DNA of 64,000 bases from IMG/VR virus record IMGVR_UViG_3300042863_000355; one strand, 5' to 3'. The translations under genes were made by a program, and so were the position numbers. The notes beneath the pieces are model-generated. The model ran no database searches. It saw nothing but the letters and a program-made list of their open reading frames with translations, and was not told where the DNA came from. Positions 12,401-21,456 of this stretch are shown one piece after another (the stretch's first letter is position 1; each line of letters begins with the position of its first letter). The DNA is from an uncultured virus (IMG/VR IMGVR_UViG_3300042863_000355) (Duplodnaviria > Heunggongvirae > Uroviricota > Caudoviricetes).

Positions 12401-15327
12401 CATCAAGTGGATTAATCAGTACAACTGGTAATATTGCCGGCGGTAATTTATCGGGTACATTAATTACAGGTACTCTTGCTACAGCGGCACAGCCAAATGT
12501 CACTAGTTTAGGTACATTAACAAGTTTAAGCGTAACAGGCAACACGACTGGTGGTAATTTCACAACAAGTGGAACTATATCAGTTGGTGGTATCACACTA
12601 AGTGGTAACTTAATTGTAGGTGCTGGCCCAACATTAACTATTGATCCAAATGGATCGGGTGGTACTGATGGTAACGTTGTTATTACAGGTAACTTAACTG
12701 TCAATGGTACAACAACCACAATTAATTCTAATACAATTACCACAAATGATTTACAAATTAATATGGCCAACAATGCTGCTAACGCAACAGCAGCAAATAA
12801 TGGCGGTATTGGGGTTGGTCCTGCGGGCGCAGAATACGCAACATTATTATATAACACAGCATCAAACGTTTGGGTATCAAGTTTAGGTATTAGTTCAGTT
12901 GGTAATATAACAGCGGGCCTTGGAATTACTGCCACTGGAAACTTAGCCGGCGGTAATATATCAACCGCCGGATTAATATCAGCAACTGGAACAATTACTA
13001 CAACATCGGGGATTGTGTTAAACAATGGCCTCTCTGATGGTGCCGGAATCCAATTCCAATCGGCAGGAAACCAAACATGGGAAATTGATAATTTACTTAA
13101 TTTAAGATTCTTCCAACCTGGAAATACTTACATGACTCTGAGTAATACCTCAGGATTAAGTGTCACAGGTAACGTTACTTCTGGTAATGTGGTAACCGCT
13201 GGGTTAATAACAGCAACTGGAAACTTAACCGGCGGAAATATCCTAACTGCTGGTATTATGTCAAGTACTGGTAATGCGATACATGGCAATATTTTAACTG
13301 CTGGCCTAATTTCAGCAACAAGTACTATTACTTCAGCAGCAAACGTAATTGGTGGCAATATTACAACTGCCGGTCTTGTAACGTCTACAGGTAACGTAAC
13401 TGGCGGCAACCTCTTAACAGCTGGACTAATTTCAGCAACTTCAACAATTACATCGGCAGCTAACATAATTGGCGGCAACATTACAACTGCTGGTTTAGTG
13501 ACCGCCACTGGTAACGTAACCGGCGGTAACGTGTTAACAGCTGGATTAATGAGCAGTACTGGTAATGCGATACATGGAAATATTTTAACAGCTGGATTAA
13601 TTTCAGCAACTTCAACTATTACAAGTGCTGCTAATATTACTGGCGGTAACATATTAACTGGTGGGTTAATTAGTTCAACAGGCACTATTACTGGTTCAAG
13701 TCATTTAGGTGCTGTTGTTTCGGTAACTGCAAACGTAACTGGTGGAAATATTACTACTGCTGGCCTAGTGTCGGCAACCGGCAATATAACGGGTGGTAAT
13801 TTATTAACAGCTGGATTAATCAGTTCAACAGGTACTATTACTGGATCAAGTCATTTAGGTGCTGTTGTTTCAGTAACAGCAAACGTAACTGGCGGCAACA
13901 TATTAACAGCAGGATTAATCAGTGCCACTGGTGCTATTACCGGCGCAGCATTAACTGGAACAAGTTTAACAGTATCAACTGGTAATATTACCGGCGGCAA
14001 CTTGCTGCTAAGTGGTGCAATTACTGATTCCGGTCAGTTAGACATTAATACTAGTGCTGGTAATTCTAATATTGTATTAACTCCAAATGGAACAGGTAAT
14101 GTTAACACAGGTGCTAATTTAAGTGTTACAGGTAATATTCAAGGTGGTAATGTCAGAACAGCTGGTATTGTATCAGCAACTGGAAACGTTACTGGCGGTA
14201 ATATTCTAACGGCTGGCATTGTATCAGCAACTTCAACGATTACTTCGGCAGCTAATATAACTGGTGGTAATATTTTAACTGTTGGACTAGTAAGTGCTAC
14301 TGCTAACGTAACTGGCGGTAACTTACTAACAAGCGGACAGGTGTATGCCACTGGTACTGTTACAGGGATCAACGGATTCATAGTAGGGCCTTGGAATTTA
14401 GGATCAACTGATATTTCAGCCGCTGCTATTGGTGGTGGTACTACATCATCTGGTAGAACATTATTAGGATGGAATAGATCTGGCGGCGGTGGCGAATTTG
14501 ATATTATTGTCAATAGAAACGGTGGCAGTACCGGTGGATTAGCTCTATACGAATGGGCCAATACACTATCCAATACTACCACACTGGTTTTTAATGTTAC
14601 AGCAGCTGGCGCAACATCGGCAATTGGCAACATCACCGGTGCTAACTTAAATACTGCAGGATTAGTAAGTGCTAGCGGTAACGTAACCGGTGGTAATGTC
14701 AGAACAGCAGGGTTGATAAGTGCCACTGGTGCTATAACAGGCGCAGCATTAACTGGAACAAGTTTAACTGTATCAACTGGTAATATTACTGGCGGTAACT
14801 TAATTTTAAGTGGAGCAATTACTGATTCAACCGAATTGCTCTTACAAACAACTGCTGTTAATGCTAATATTGTATTAACACCAAATGGCACAGGTAATGT
14901 TAACACAGGCGCTAACGTAAGTGTTACTGGAAATATTCAAGGTGGTAACTTACGGACCGCTGGTATTGTATCAGCAACTGGTAATATTACAGGTAGCTTT
15001 ATACTGGGTAACGGCAGTCAACTGACTGGAATTAGTACTGGCAGTAGCTCAAACATAAGCAATGGTACAAGTAATGTAAGCATTACCGCAAGTGGTGGTA
15101 ATGTAACTGTGGGTGTTGGTGGCACAGCCAACGTGGCAACATTTACATCATCCGGCGTAAAGGCTCCTGTTGTAGAAGCCACAAACGGTATTTTAGTTAA
15201 CAGTAGCAACGTAACAGCTAATTATACTATAGCAGCGAATACAAATGGATTTAGTGTGGGTCCAATTACTACTAACGGTGGTGTAGTTGTCACAGTTACC
15301 GCTGGGCAGCGTTGGGTAATTATTTAA
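9469..15327 (+). CDS. Giant repeat fibre protein (1952 aa)
   Basis: Same N-terminal module and repeats as the upstream gene; TAATG stop/start overlap; ends VGPIT...VTVTAGQRWVII. Confidence 0.75.
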   Translation: MAFPVSPVNGQTATVNNIVYVFSTANNTWTRSATGFVNIGASGNISAAGNIYGNYIVGNISGTVTTAQTVTTNAQPNITSVGTLTSLTSSGLISTTGNIVGNYLFGNGNLLTNVVANTINTTFSGSANTFYIDFVADDGANAQTIWNSPFLTFVPISGILGASAFTATGNINGANILSAGLLTATGNILGGNILTAGLISATSTITSAANITGGNLLTAGLISSTGAITGAALTGTSLTVSTGNITGGNLLLSGAITDSGQLDIQTSAGNANIVLTPNGTGNVNTGANLSVTGNVQAGNVRTAGLISATGNINGGNIVTSRVVVSGNAAVNTLVSITDTAPQGTGAAFSVTNAGNTISILPNISAGSFNSLQSNGDIAILTTGPTIGNVGFSIIPWAGGTNGIKMNTVSNVTTITLAAATLSTTGNITGGIGNLTTGNILTPGIMSSTGNAIHGNILTAGIMSSTGNAIHGNILTAGLISATSTITSAANITGGNILTAGIMSSTGNAIHGNILTAGLISATSTITSAANITGGNILTAGLMSSTGNAIHGNILTAGLITATGNVTGGNILTAGAVSSAGIVTAASVVGGVITGSSTSVTGATVAASVTANTATGRVGLGTDGGGSLTLGFQANNASATTPYIDFNSSANYVDFDARIQASGNTGTTGAGTLTVTAAILAASALFSAAGNVIGGNILTAGIMSSTGNAIHGNILTAGLVSATGNITGNFILGNGSQLTGIITSVSNVVNGGSNLNIAAANANVTISVSTVGNVAVFSPTGVSVLGTIAGNGNITGGNLLTAGLISSTGTITGSSHLGAVVSVTANVTGGNLLTAGLISATSTITSAANVVGGNITTAGLVTATGNVTGGNILTAGIMSSTGNAIHGNILTAGIVSATANVTGGNVLTAGLISSTGNITANYHIGNGSTLTSLTGGNVTGTVANATFAVSAGSAVGTAATVTTNAQPNITSVGTLTSLTSSGLISTTGNIAGGNLSGTLITGTLATAAQPNVTSLGTLTSLSVTGNTTGGNFTTSGTISVGGITLSGNLIVGAGPTLTIDPNGSGGTDGNVVITGNLTVNGTTTTINSNTITTNDLQINMANNAANATAANNGGIGVGPAGAEYATLLYNTASNVWVSSLGISSVGNITAGLGITATGNLAGGNISTAGLISATGTITTTSGIVLNNGLSDGAGIQFQSAGNQTWEIDNLLNLRFFQPGNTYMTLSNTSGLSVTGNVTSGNVVTAGLITATGNLTGGNILTAGIMSSTGNAIHGNILTAGLISATSTITSAANVIGGNITTAGLVTSTGNVTGGNLLTAGLISATSTITSAANIIGGNITTAGLVTATGNVTGGNVLTAGLMSSTGNAIHGNILTAGLISATSTITSAANITGGNILTGGLISSTGTITGSSHLGAVVSVTANVTGGNITTAGLVSATGNITGGNLLTAGLISSTGTITGSSHLGAVVSVTANVTGGNILTAGLISATGAITGAALTGTSLTVSTGNITGGNLLLSGAITDSGQLDINTSAGNSNIVLTPNGTGNVNTGANLSVTGNIQGGNVRTAGIVSATGNVTGGNILTAGIVSATSTITSAANITGGNILTVGLVSATANVTGGNLLTSGQVYATGTVTGINGFIVGPWNLGSTDISAAAIGGGTTSSGRTLLGWNRSGGGGEFDIIVNRNGGSTGGLALYEWANTLSNTTTLVFNVTAAGATSAIGNITGANLNTAGLVSASGNVTGGNVRTAGLISATGAITGAALTGTSLTVSTGNITGGNLILSGAITDSTELLLQTTAVNANIVLTPNGTGNVNTGANVSVTGNIQGGNLRTAGIVSATGNITGSFILGNGSQLTGISTGSSSNISNGTSNVSITASGGNVTVGVGGTANVATFTSSGVKAPVVEATNGILVNSSNVTANYTIAANTNGFSVGPITTNGGVVVTVTAGQRWVII

Positions 15328-15336
15328 AGAGAACAT

Positions 15337-17211
15337 ATGAGTAATATATCAGCTGGAACTTCGACCACAACAAGTTTAGTCCAAACTGGTGATCTCACTG
15401 GTAATTTGGTATTACAAAGTAATGCAGTATCCATTGCCACTGTTACCAGCACAGGAGTATTGGTTTCTGGTATTGTAAGTGCTACAGGTGCTGTAACAGG
15501 TGCTGCCTTAACAGGTACAAGTTTAACTGTATCAACTGGTAACATTACCGGTGGTAACTTGATATTGTCAGGCGCAATCACTGATACTGCTGAACTAACC
15601 ATACAAACTACTGCTGCTAACGGAAATATTGTTTTGACACCAAATGGCACAGGTAATGTTAATACAGGTGCCAACGTAAGTGTTACTGGTCGTGTAACAG
15701 CAGCGTCGGTTGTGGGTGGAGTTATTACTGGTACTTCAACAAGTGTCACTGGCACTACCACAGCAGCGTCAGTAGTAGGCGGTGTAATAACAGGTACTTC
15801 AACTAGTGTTACAGGTACAACCACAGCAGCATCAGTAGTGGGTGGTGTCATTACAGGCTCAAGCACCTCAGTAACAGGTACAACAACCACCGGAGGTACA
15901 ACGACATCTGGTGGATATATAAGCCAAACGCAATCCACTAATGTCATGTCTAGAATATCATTGGTAAACTCAGTGAGAAACTGGTCAATATCCAATTACG
16001 GAAATCAGTTTAGTCCCAATGGTTCATTTACTATTGCCGATGAAACTGGTGCTGCAGTTCGCTTACAAATTACTACCGATGGCATTACTTCCATAACTGG
16101 CAGTCTTGGTGTAAGTGGTAACGCCACAATTGGTAATGTTTTAACCGGAGGTTTGTTAAGTTCCACTGGCAACGTACAAGGTGGTAATTTACGCACAGTT
16201 GGACTAATAACTGCTACTGGTAATGTAACAGGAAATTTCTTTATTGGCAATGGCTCAGTATTAACTGGTATACCGTTAAAAACACTGGGCCAACAAGTTA
16301 TTGCGGCAAATACCACATTAACTTCTTCCAATTATGGAACAAATATACTTGTTACTGTAGCGGGAATTACAATTACTCTACCCACGACTGCTCCAAGTGG
16401 TACAGTAATATCAATATCAAATCTTGCGAATGGTACTCTTAATCTTTCATATACTGGGTCATCGGGCACAGATGGTCCTATATCATTGCAGTATCAACAA
16501 AATATCATGCTTATATCTGATGGCGGATCCCCGACGTCATTTTGGCGACAATTTTTTGGTAGCCCAGGATATTTACCAGCTGGTACTGGATTTGTAGGTA
16601 CTACATTTGTATCACTTACTGCAACTGGCAACGTACAGGGTGGTAACTTACGCACAGTTGGTTTAATATCAGCAACTGGTGCTGTTACAGGTGCCGCACT
16701 AACAGGCACAAGTTTAACAGTATCAACTGGTAACATCACTGGCGGTAATATTGTCAATGCCAACGCTAACGGTGTAGGTAATATTGGCAGTGCCACTACT
16801 TACTTCAACACAGTATTTGCCAAAGCAACTTCAGCACAATACGCTGACTTGGCTGAAAATTACTTGGCTGATGATGAATATGCGCCTGGGACTGTTGTTA
16901 TATTTGGCGGCGACAACGAAATTACAATCACAACAGAAATGGCTGACGAGCGAGTAGCAGGAGCAATATCTACAAATCCAGCTTATCTAATGAACACTGG
17001 ACAGACAGGGCTTCCGGTAGCCTTACGCGGTCGTGTTCCGGTAAAAGTAACTGGTCCTGTTGAAAAAGGCGATAGTTTAGTAACATCTAGTGTAGCAGGA
17101 TACGCTGTCAGTGTTGGTAGAGATTGCGGTTACGGTCAGGCTGTATTTGCCAAATCACTTGAAACTAACAATGATACCGGCACAAAAGTCATCACTGCTG
17201 TAATATTATAA
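15337..17211 (+). CDS. Fibre protein (624 aa) with C-terminal chaperone-like domain
   Basis: Shared fibre modules; SAQYADLAE...LRGRVPVKV...FAKSLE C-terminus. Confidence 0.7.
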   Translation: MSNISAGTSTTTSLVQTGDLTGNLVLQSNAVSIATVTSTGVLVSGIVSATGAVTGAALTGTSLTVSTGNITGGNLILSGAITDTAELTIQTTAANGNIVLTPNGTGNVNTGANVSVTGRVTAASVVGGVITGTSTSVTGTTTAASVVGGVITGTSTSVTGTTTAASVVGGVITGSSTSVTGTTTTGGTTTSGGYISQTQSTNVMSRISLVNSVRNWSISNYGNQFSPNGSFTIADETGAAVRLQITTDGITSITGSLGVSGNATIGNVLTGGLLSSTGNVQGGNLRTVGLITATGNVTGNFFIGNGSVLTGIPLKTLGQQVIAANTTLTSSNYGTNILVTVAGITITLPTTAPSGTVISISNLANGTLNLSYTGSSGTDGPISLQYQQNIMLISDGGSPTSFWRQFFGSPGYLPAGTGFVGTTFVSLTATGNVQGGNLRTVGLISATGAVTGAALTGTSLTVSTGNITGGNIVNANANGVGNIGSATTYFNTVFAKATSAQYADLAENYLADDEYAPGTVVIFGGDNEITITTEMADERVAGAISTNPAYLMNTGQTGLPVALRGRVPVKVTGPVEKGDSLVTSSVAGYAVSVGRDCGYGQAVFAKSLETNNDTGTKVITAVIL

Positions 17212-17227
17212 TTCTGAATCATAAAAT

Positions 17228-17506
17228 ATGGCATCAAGTATAAACGCACAATCAGACACAACAGTAGGCACTCTTACCAAATCAGGAGATGCCACTGGTA
17301 ATATCACGCTTCAAACAAATGGCACCACAGCATTAACAATCAATACCAGTCAAAACATAACATTCAACGGTACTGGCGCATTTACAGTTCCAGTTGGTAA
17401 TACAGCACAACGTCCTAGTCCAGCAGCAAATGGTATGATTAGATACAATACTACTACAGCTAGACTTGAAGGATATATAAATTCAACATGGGCTAACATA
17501 GCATGA
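17228..17506 (+). CDS. Small fibre-associated protein (92 aa)
   Basis: Paralogous to the N-terminus of 17503..18579 (LQTNG..AL.IN.SQNIT...VGNTAQRP...NGMIRY). Confidence 0.6.
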   Translation: MASSINAQSDTTVGTLTKSGDATGNITLQTNGTTALTINTSQNITFNGTGAFTVPVGNTAQRPSPAANGMIRYNTTTARLEGYINSTWANIA

Positions 17507-18579
17507 CAGTCATAATCAACGCAAACAGTTCAGGGTTAGTTGAAACAGTAGATACAAGTGGTAATCTACAATTTCAAACCAATGGATTAGCAGCATTACA
17601 TATCAATAACAGTCAAAATATTACAGCAAACAGTACCGGTGCAATCACAGTAAATGTGGGTAATACAGCACAGCGGCCGACCGGCGCCAATGGCATGATC
17701 AGATACAGTAACACATCAAATGCAATGGAAGTATATGTCAACGGAGCTTGGGCAAATGTCAATACCAGTGCAGGTAGTCCTGTAGCTTATAATATAACTG
17801 TGGCTGTAGTAGCAGGTGGCGGTGGCGGTGGGGCATTTTTAGGTGGTGGTGGTGGCGCAGGCGGTGTTGTATCTTTTGCAGCATTCACATTAAATCCAGG
17901 CACTGCTTATACTGCCAACATAGGAGCAGGCGGTGCAGGTGGTGTATCAGCAGGTGCTGGCACAGCTGGATCAAATAGTACATTTGGATCAGGATCATTA
18001 TCACGAATCACAGCAATTGGCGGATCAGGCGGTGGTGGATCCGGCGCTGGGCCAGGGGCAAACGTAGGAGGATCAGGTGGTGGGTTAGGTGGTCAAAATA
18101 ACTATGCCTCGTTTGGAGCATTAAGTCCTGGAATTCCCGGCCAAGGTTTTAATGGTGGATCAAACTCCAGTGCAGTATTCTGCGGCGGTGGTGGGGCAGG
18201 GGGTGTAGGTGCCAATGGAGCAAGTACAGCATCAGGTGGAGTTGGTGTAATTAATGGCATAGCAGGTTCAACAGCGGGACAATTAATTTCTGGCAACTAT
18301 TGGTTAGCAGGTGGTGGTGGTGCTGGATCAAGTACAACTAGCACAGGCGGTAACGGTGGCGGGGGAAATACCGGAGTAGCAGGCACAGTCAACACCGGTG
18401 GTGGTGGTGGTGGAACTAACAACGGCACAGGCGGTGCTGGCGGATCTGGTGTAGTAGTTATATCTATTCCTATCGCTAATTATCCGGGTAATGGTAATGT
18501 AAGTGGAACTTATACATACGCCAACACAGGCACAGCTATTGTGCTGGGATTTACGGCTAATACTGTTTACACAGCATAA
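17503..18579 (+). CDS. Glycine-rich adhesin-like / receptor-binding protein
   Basis: VVAGGGGGG...GGGGGAGG polyglycine blocks, ending GGAGGSGVVVI; at the end of the fibre cluster. Confidence 0.65.
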   Translation: MTVIINANSSGLVETVDTSGNLQFQTNGLAALHINNSQNITANSTGAITVNVGNTAQRPTGANGMIRYSNTSNAMEVYVNGAWANVNTSAGSPVAYNITVAVVAGGGGGGAFLGGGGGAGGVVSFAAFTLNPGTAYTANIGAGGAGGVSAGAGTAGSNSTFGSGSLSRITAIGGSGGGGSGAGPGANVGGSGGGLGGQNNYASFGALSPGIPGQGFNGGSNSSAVFCGGGGAGGVGANGASTASGGVGVINGIAGSTAGQLISGNYWLAGGGGAGSSTTSTGGNGGGGNTGVAGTVNTGGGGGGTNNGTGGAGGSGVVVISIPIANYPGNGNVSGTYTYANTGTAIVLGFTANTVYTA

Positions 18580-18595
18580 AGATACGGAAATTAAA

Positions 18596-18976
18596 ATGCC
18601 ATATTACGCTAAAGTAGAAAATAACATAGTAACTGAAGTAATGTCAGTTACTGAAGAACAATCTTCATCGTACTCATCAACAGGTGAACTTTGGGTGCAA
18701 ACCAGTTATAATACCGAAGGTGGAATTTATTATATTCCAAATGTTTATCCCAGAGTGCCAGCACCAGACCAATCTAAAGCCCTACGAGCAAATTATGCTG
18801 GCATAGGATACACATATGATGACATAAATGATGTATTTTATGCCCCGCAACCTTATCCAAGCTGGAGTATATCAGCACCAACTTGGATATGGTCGTCACC
18901 AGTTCCATATCCCACTGATGGAAATTTATATTATTGGGATGAAGCAACATTATCATGGGTTGAGTATATTCAATAA
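18596..18976 (+). CDS. Hypothetical fibre-associated protein (start revised to MPYYAKVENN)
   Basis: ATG 17 nt after the previous stop with GGA upstream; WVQTSYN...RANYAGIGYTYD...FYAPQPYPSW motif. Confidence 0.6.
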   Translation: MPYYAKVENNIVTEVMSVTEEQSSSYSSTGELWVQTSYNTEGGIYYIPNVYPRVPAPDQSKALRANYAGIGYTYDDINDVFYAPQPYPSWSISAPTWIWSSPVPYPTDGNLYYWDEATLSWVEYIQ

Positions 18977-18977
18977 T

Positions 18978-19640
18978 ATGGAAGCTAGATACAGACGAGA
19001 TTATCCAGGCGAATTTGTAATCACAGAAACTAAATTTTCTGGTGGTAGAAAACACGAAAAACGTGAATGGATAGCAAATCCCATCGTAAATCAACATTTA
19101 TCAGGCCGTGCTGTTGCCATAGGTAGCAGCAATGATCAAGCAAGATTTGACTATCGCATACTGGCAACACATCGTGGTGGATTGTTAGGAAGTTTAAAAG
19201 TTCAAACGTATGGCACAAGTGAAATAGCCAAACAAATGAGATTAGATTTTACTGTAGATACTGATTATGATAAGCTAATTCCATTAGTAGAAAGTAAGTA
19301 TACAGAAAATAATATTGTCTATACTACTGCTAAAAATTGTACAAAGAAACCTGGTGAATTTTATTTAATACCTCAACATCCACATATGTGCCCTGAAGTA
19401 TTGCCCATTTATCTCGCGGCATTTGACGGACACAATGAAGTTTATTTAATAGGTTACAGTAAAGAAATGACAGCGGGACATGATAACTGGGTTAAACAAA
19501 TTACAGATGTCATAAAGGCATACGCTGGCACTATGTTTATTATGGTAGGAAATGAATTTAATATGCCAGATGAATGGCTATCATGTTCAAATACAAAAAC
19601 CCTGACCAATAGAGATTTTGTAACTTACTGTGATGTTTGA
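18978..19640 (+). CDS. Hypothetical protein, possible Rossmann-like (MptE/glycosyltransferase-like) fold
   Basis: Start revised to MEARYRRDY directly after the upstream stop; RAVAIG and IYLAAFDGHNEVYLIGY segments. Confidence 0.4.
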   Translation: MEARYRRDYPGEFVITETKFSGGRKHEKREWIANPIVNQHLSGRAVAIGSSNDQARFDYRILATHRGGLLGSLKVQTYGTSEIAKQMRLDFTVDTDYDKLIPLVESKYTENNIVYTTAKNCTKKPGEFYLIPQHPHMCPEVLPIYLAAFDGHNEVYLIGYSKEMTAGHDNWVKQITDVIKAYAGTMFIMVGNEFNMPDEWLSCSNTKTLTNRDFVTYCDV

Positions 19641-20074
19641 AGTTGCGTTTGTATAATAGCTATCTTACTGCGTACTGCTTCAAAATTTACAGTACTCCAT
19701 AGTCCAGGGTGTAGCGGTTTAGGCCAAGTGCCAGAATCAATCCAAGCATAACCTAAATGTTCATCATTTAAAATAGGCTTAAATTCATCTGCTACAATAC
19801 AAAAAAATGTGTTGTAAACAAATCCATTGTCAGCACTTGTGAATTTTTCTAGAGGCATTAGCTTGATATAATCAGGCATTGAGCCTAATTCTTCTTCGCA
19901 CTCACGAACCATAGCAGCCATGATACTTTCGCCTGATTCTATTTTTCCACCTGCTAATCCCCACGAGTCAGGATTTTTAACATCATTTCTTAGCAGATAT
20001 AGATAGCGATTAGTAGATTGACTATAAAACCAAATGCCAACTGCGTTAACAGTTTTTAAATTATAAGGCTCCAT
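19625..20074 (-). CDS. Nudix hydrolase
   Basis: Nudix box GGKIESGESIMAAMVRECEEELG; start revised to MEPYNL (uncertain). Confidence 0.9.
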   Translation of the reverse strand: MEPYNLKTVNAVGIWFYSQSTNRYLYLLRNDVKNPDSWGLAGGKIESGESIMAAMVRECEEELGSMPDYIKLMPLEKFTSADNGFVYNTFFCIVADEFKPILNDEHLGYAWIDSGTWPKPLHPGLWSTVNFEAVRSKIAIIQTQLQTSQ

Positions 20075-21456
20075 TGGCCTCCGGGATATTGCCCTTGGTA
20101 TGACTTGACCCAATTGTATCCTGTCCAGCGATATTGAATTTCTGTTGTGATGTTAGTAACATATTGTGTATTTACTGGACTTGATTGCGAATCAAAAGTA
20201 ATTACCCAGCGTGATCCATCATATTGTATAATATCATTAGGATACGCTACTAATATTTCACCTGTAGTGCCTGCCCATGCTTGAGCATATCCATTATCGC
20301 TGCCGGTAGATTCAGTCAACAAATATCTTTGACCAATACTAGCAGCGGGCAATCCCTCTCCTGGTCCACTGACTCGAGGATTGATAACTGAACTTACAGG
20401 CGACATTGTATTAGCAGGAATAGATTCTGGCATTACTGCAAATAGTAAAAATTGATCATTTGTGGGATCAAAACTTACGTGCCCATACACTTGACTACCA
20501 TCTTCTTGGGTCAATGCTACTATACTGATCCCAGGACGTAGTACACCATACATATTAACAACCGGTGTCCATAGTACATTGCTAGGTTCAACTGGGTCAG
20601 GAGGTGCTAGTTGTTCATTATTTTCGTCGACTATTGCAGAACGGGCTAAAATTTGTAATTTATTACCAATTAATACCACTTGATATCCATACGGAGTAAT
20701 GTATTGTCGTGTACCTAACAATAAATCACTATCGGCAATGGCGTTAATTAAATCACCAGATCCATCATAAATTGAAGCAATAATGGTTTCTACAACTCCT
20801 AATTTTTTAACTTTAGCAGGTAATGATAACCATACTGGTAACACAAATTTAATGGTAGAAATATCAATAGGATCTTCTGTACCCTGGGGAATACTTCTGC
20901 TTGACCATCCAGTGGATGCTAGTTCTACTATACTTAAACTAGTCCAATCTAAAAAATTATCTGTACTTTGTATTTCTAAACTGGGATTGAATAGTGGTAA
21001 AATTTGTTCTAACAATTGCATTTTTTGATTGGTATTGCTGGTCCAAATGTCTAAATTAATTGACAATTTGTACGGTGCTGGCATGTATCGCTCAACAGTA
21101 AATGCGTTGCCTTGTGTAGTTTCATAAGTGCCAGTGGCTTGATCATATTCGCGTTGACGTATAGATTTATTATCAACATATGTTGGATTCTGCATACGAG
21201 GACGATCAAAATCTAGTCCAGTAATATAAAATGTCATTAAAGGTGTGGATGGCATGTTACTGGCGCTGTTATCCTGGAGAATAGTTTGAACTTGTCGTGT
21301 GCTGTCACCGTATCTAACGGGAACACGATATAATGTATCTCCTGTGTTTGCTGCACCTGCTTCATTACGTCCAAACTCTACTTGGAAGCCTGAAAACATA
21401 CGAGCAAATTGTGTTAGATAACGACGTATTTGCCCATCGAAAAAATATTGTTGCAT
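20056..21456 (-). CDS. Tail terminator / sheath stabiliser (T4 gp15-like)
   Basis: YFFDGQIRRY..QF..MFS, VPVRYG, PAPYKL.INLDIW...Q..QLLEQILPLFNP; adjacent to the gp14-like gene. Confidence 0.7.
   Translation of the reverse strand: MQQYFFDGQIRRYLTQFARMFSGFQVEFGRNEAGAANTGDTLYRVPVRYGDSTRQVQTILQDNSASNMPSTPLMTFYITGLDFDRPRMQNPTYVDNKSIRQREYDQATGTYETTQGNAFTVERYMPAPYKLSINLDIWTSNTNQKMQLLEQILPLFNPSLEIQSTDNFLDWTSLSIVELASTGWSSRSIPQGTEDPIDISTIKFVLPVWLSLPAKVKKLGVVETIIASIYDGSGDLINAIADSDLLLGTRQYITPYGYQVVLIGNKLQILARSAIVDENNEQLAPPDPVEPSNVLWTPVVNMYGVLRPGISIVALTQEDGSQVYGHVSFDPTNDQFLLFAVMPESIPANTMSPVSSVINPRVSGPGEGLPAASIGQRYLLTESTGSDNGYAQAWAGTTGEILVAYPNDIIQYDGSRWVITFDSQSSPVNTQYVTNITTEIQYRWTGYNWVKSYQGQYPGGQWSLII

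Noticed and set aside
2813..15327. Regularly spaced repeats as a CRISPR array or DGR template/variable pair
   Set aside because: Repeats are in-frame coding units varying mainly at third positions; no unique spacers, no adenine-specific variation, no RT or cas gene in the window
163..16796. Many long minus-strand ORFs (up to 543 aa) rich in Pro/Val/Leu
   Set aside because: Antisense shadows of the fibre repeats; biased Gly/Asn/Thr/Ala codons give few stops on the reverse strand, and no RBS or promoter was seen
18503..18977. ORF-track starts at 18503 and 18828 (also 27377, 48641, 51591, 62469)
   Set aside because: These extend into upstream genes; downstream ATGs adjacent to the previous stop or an RBS are more plausible
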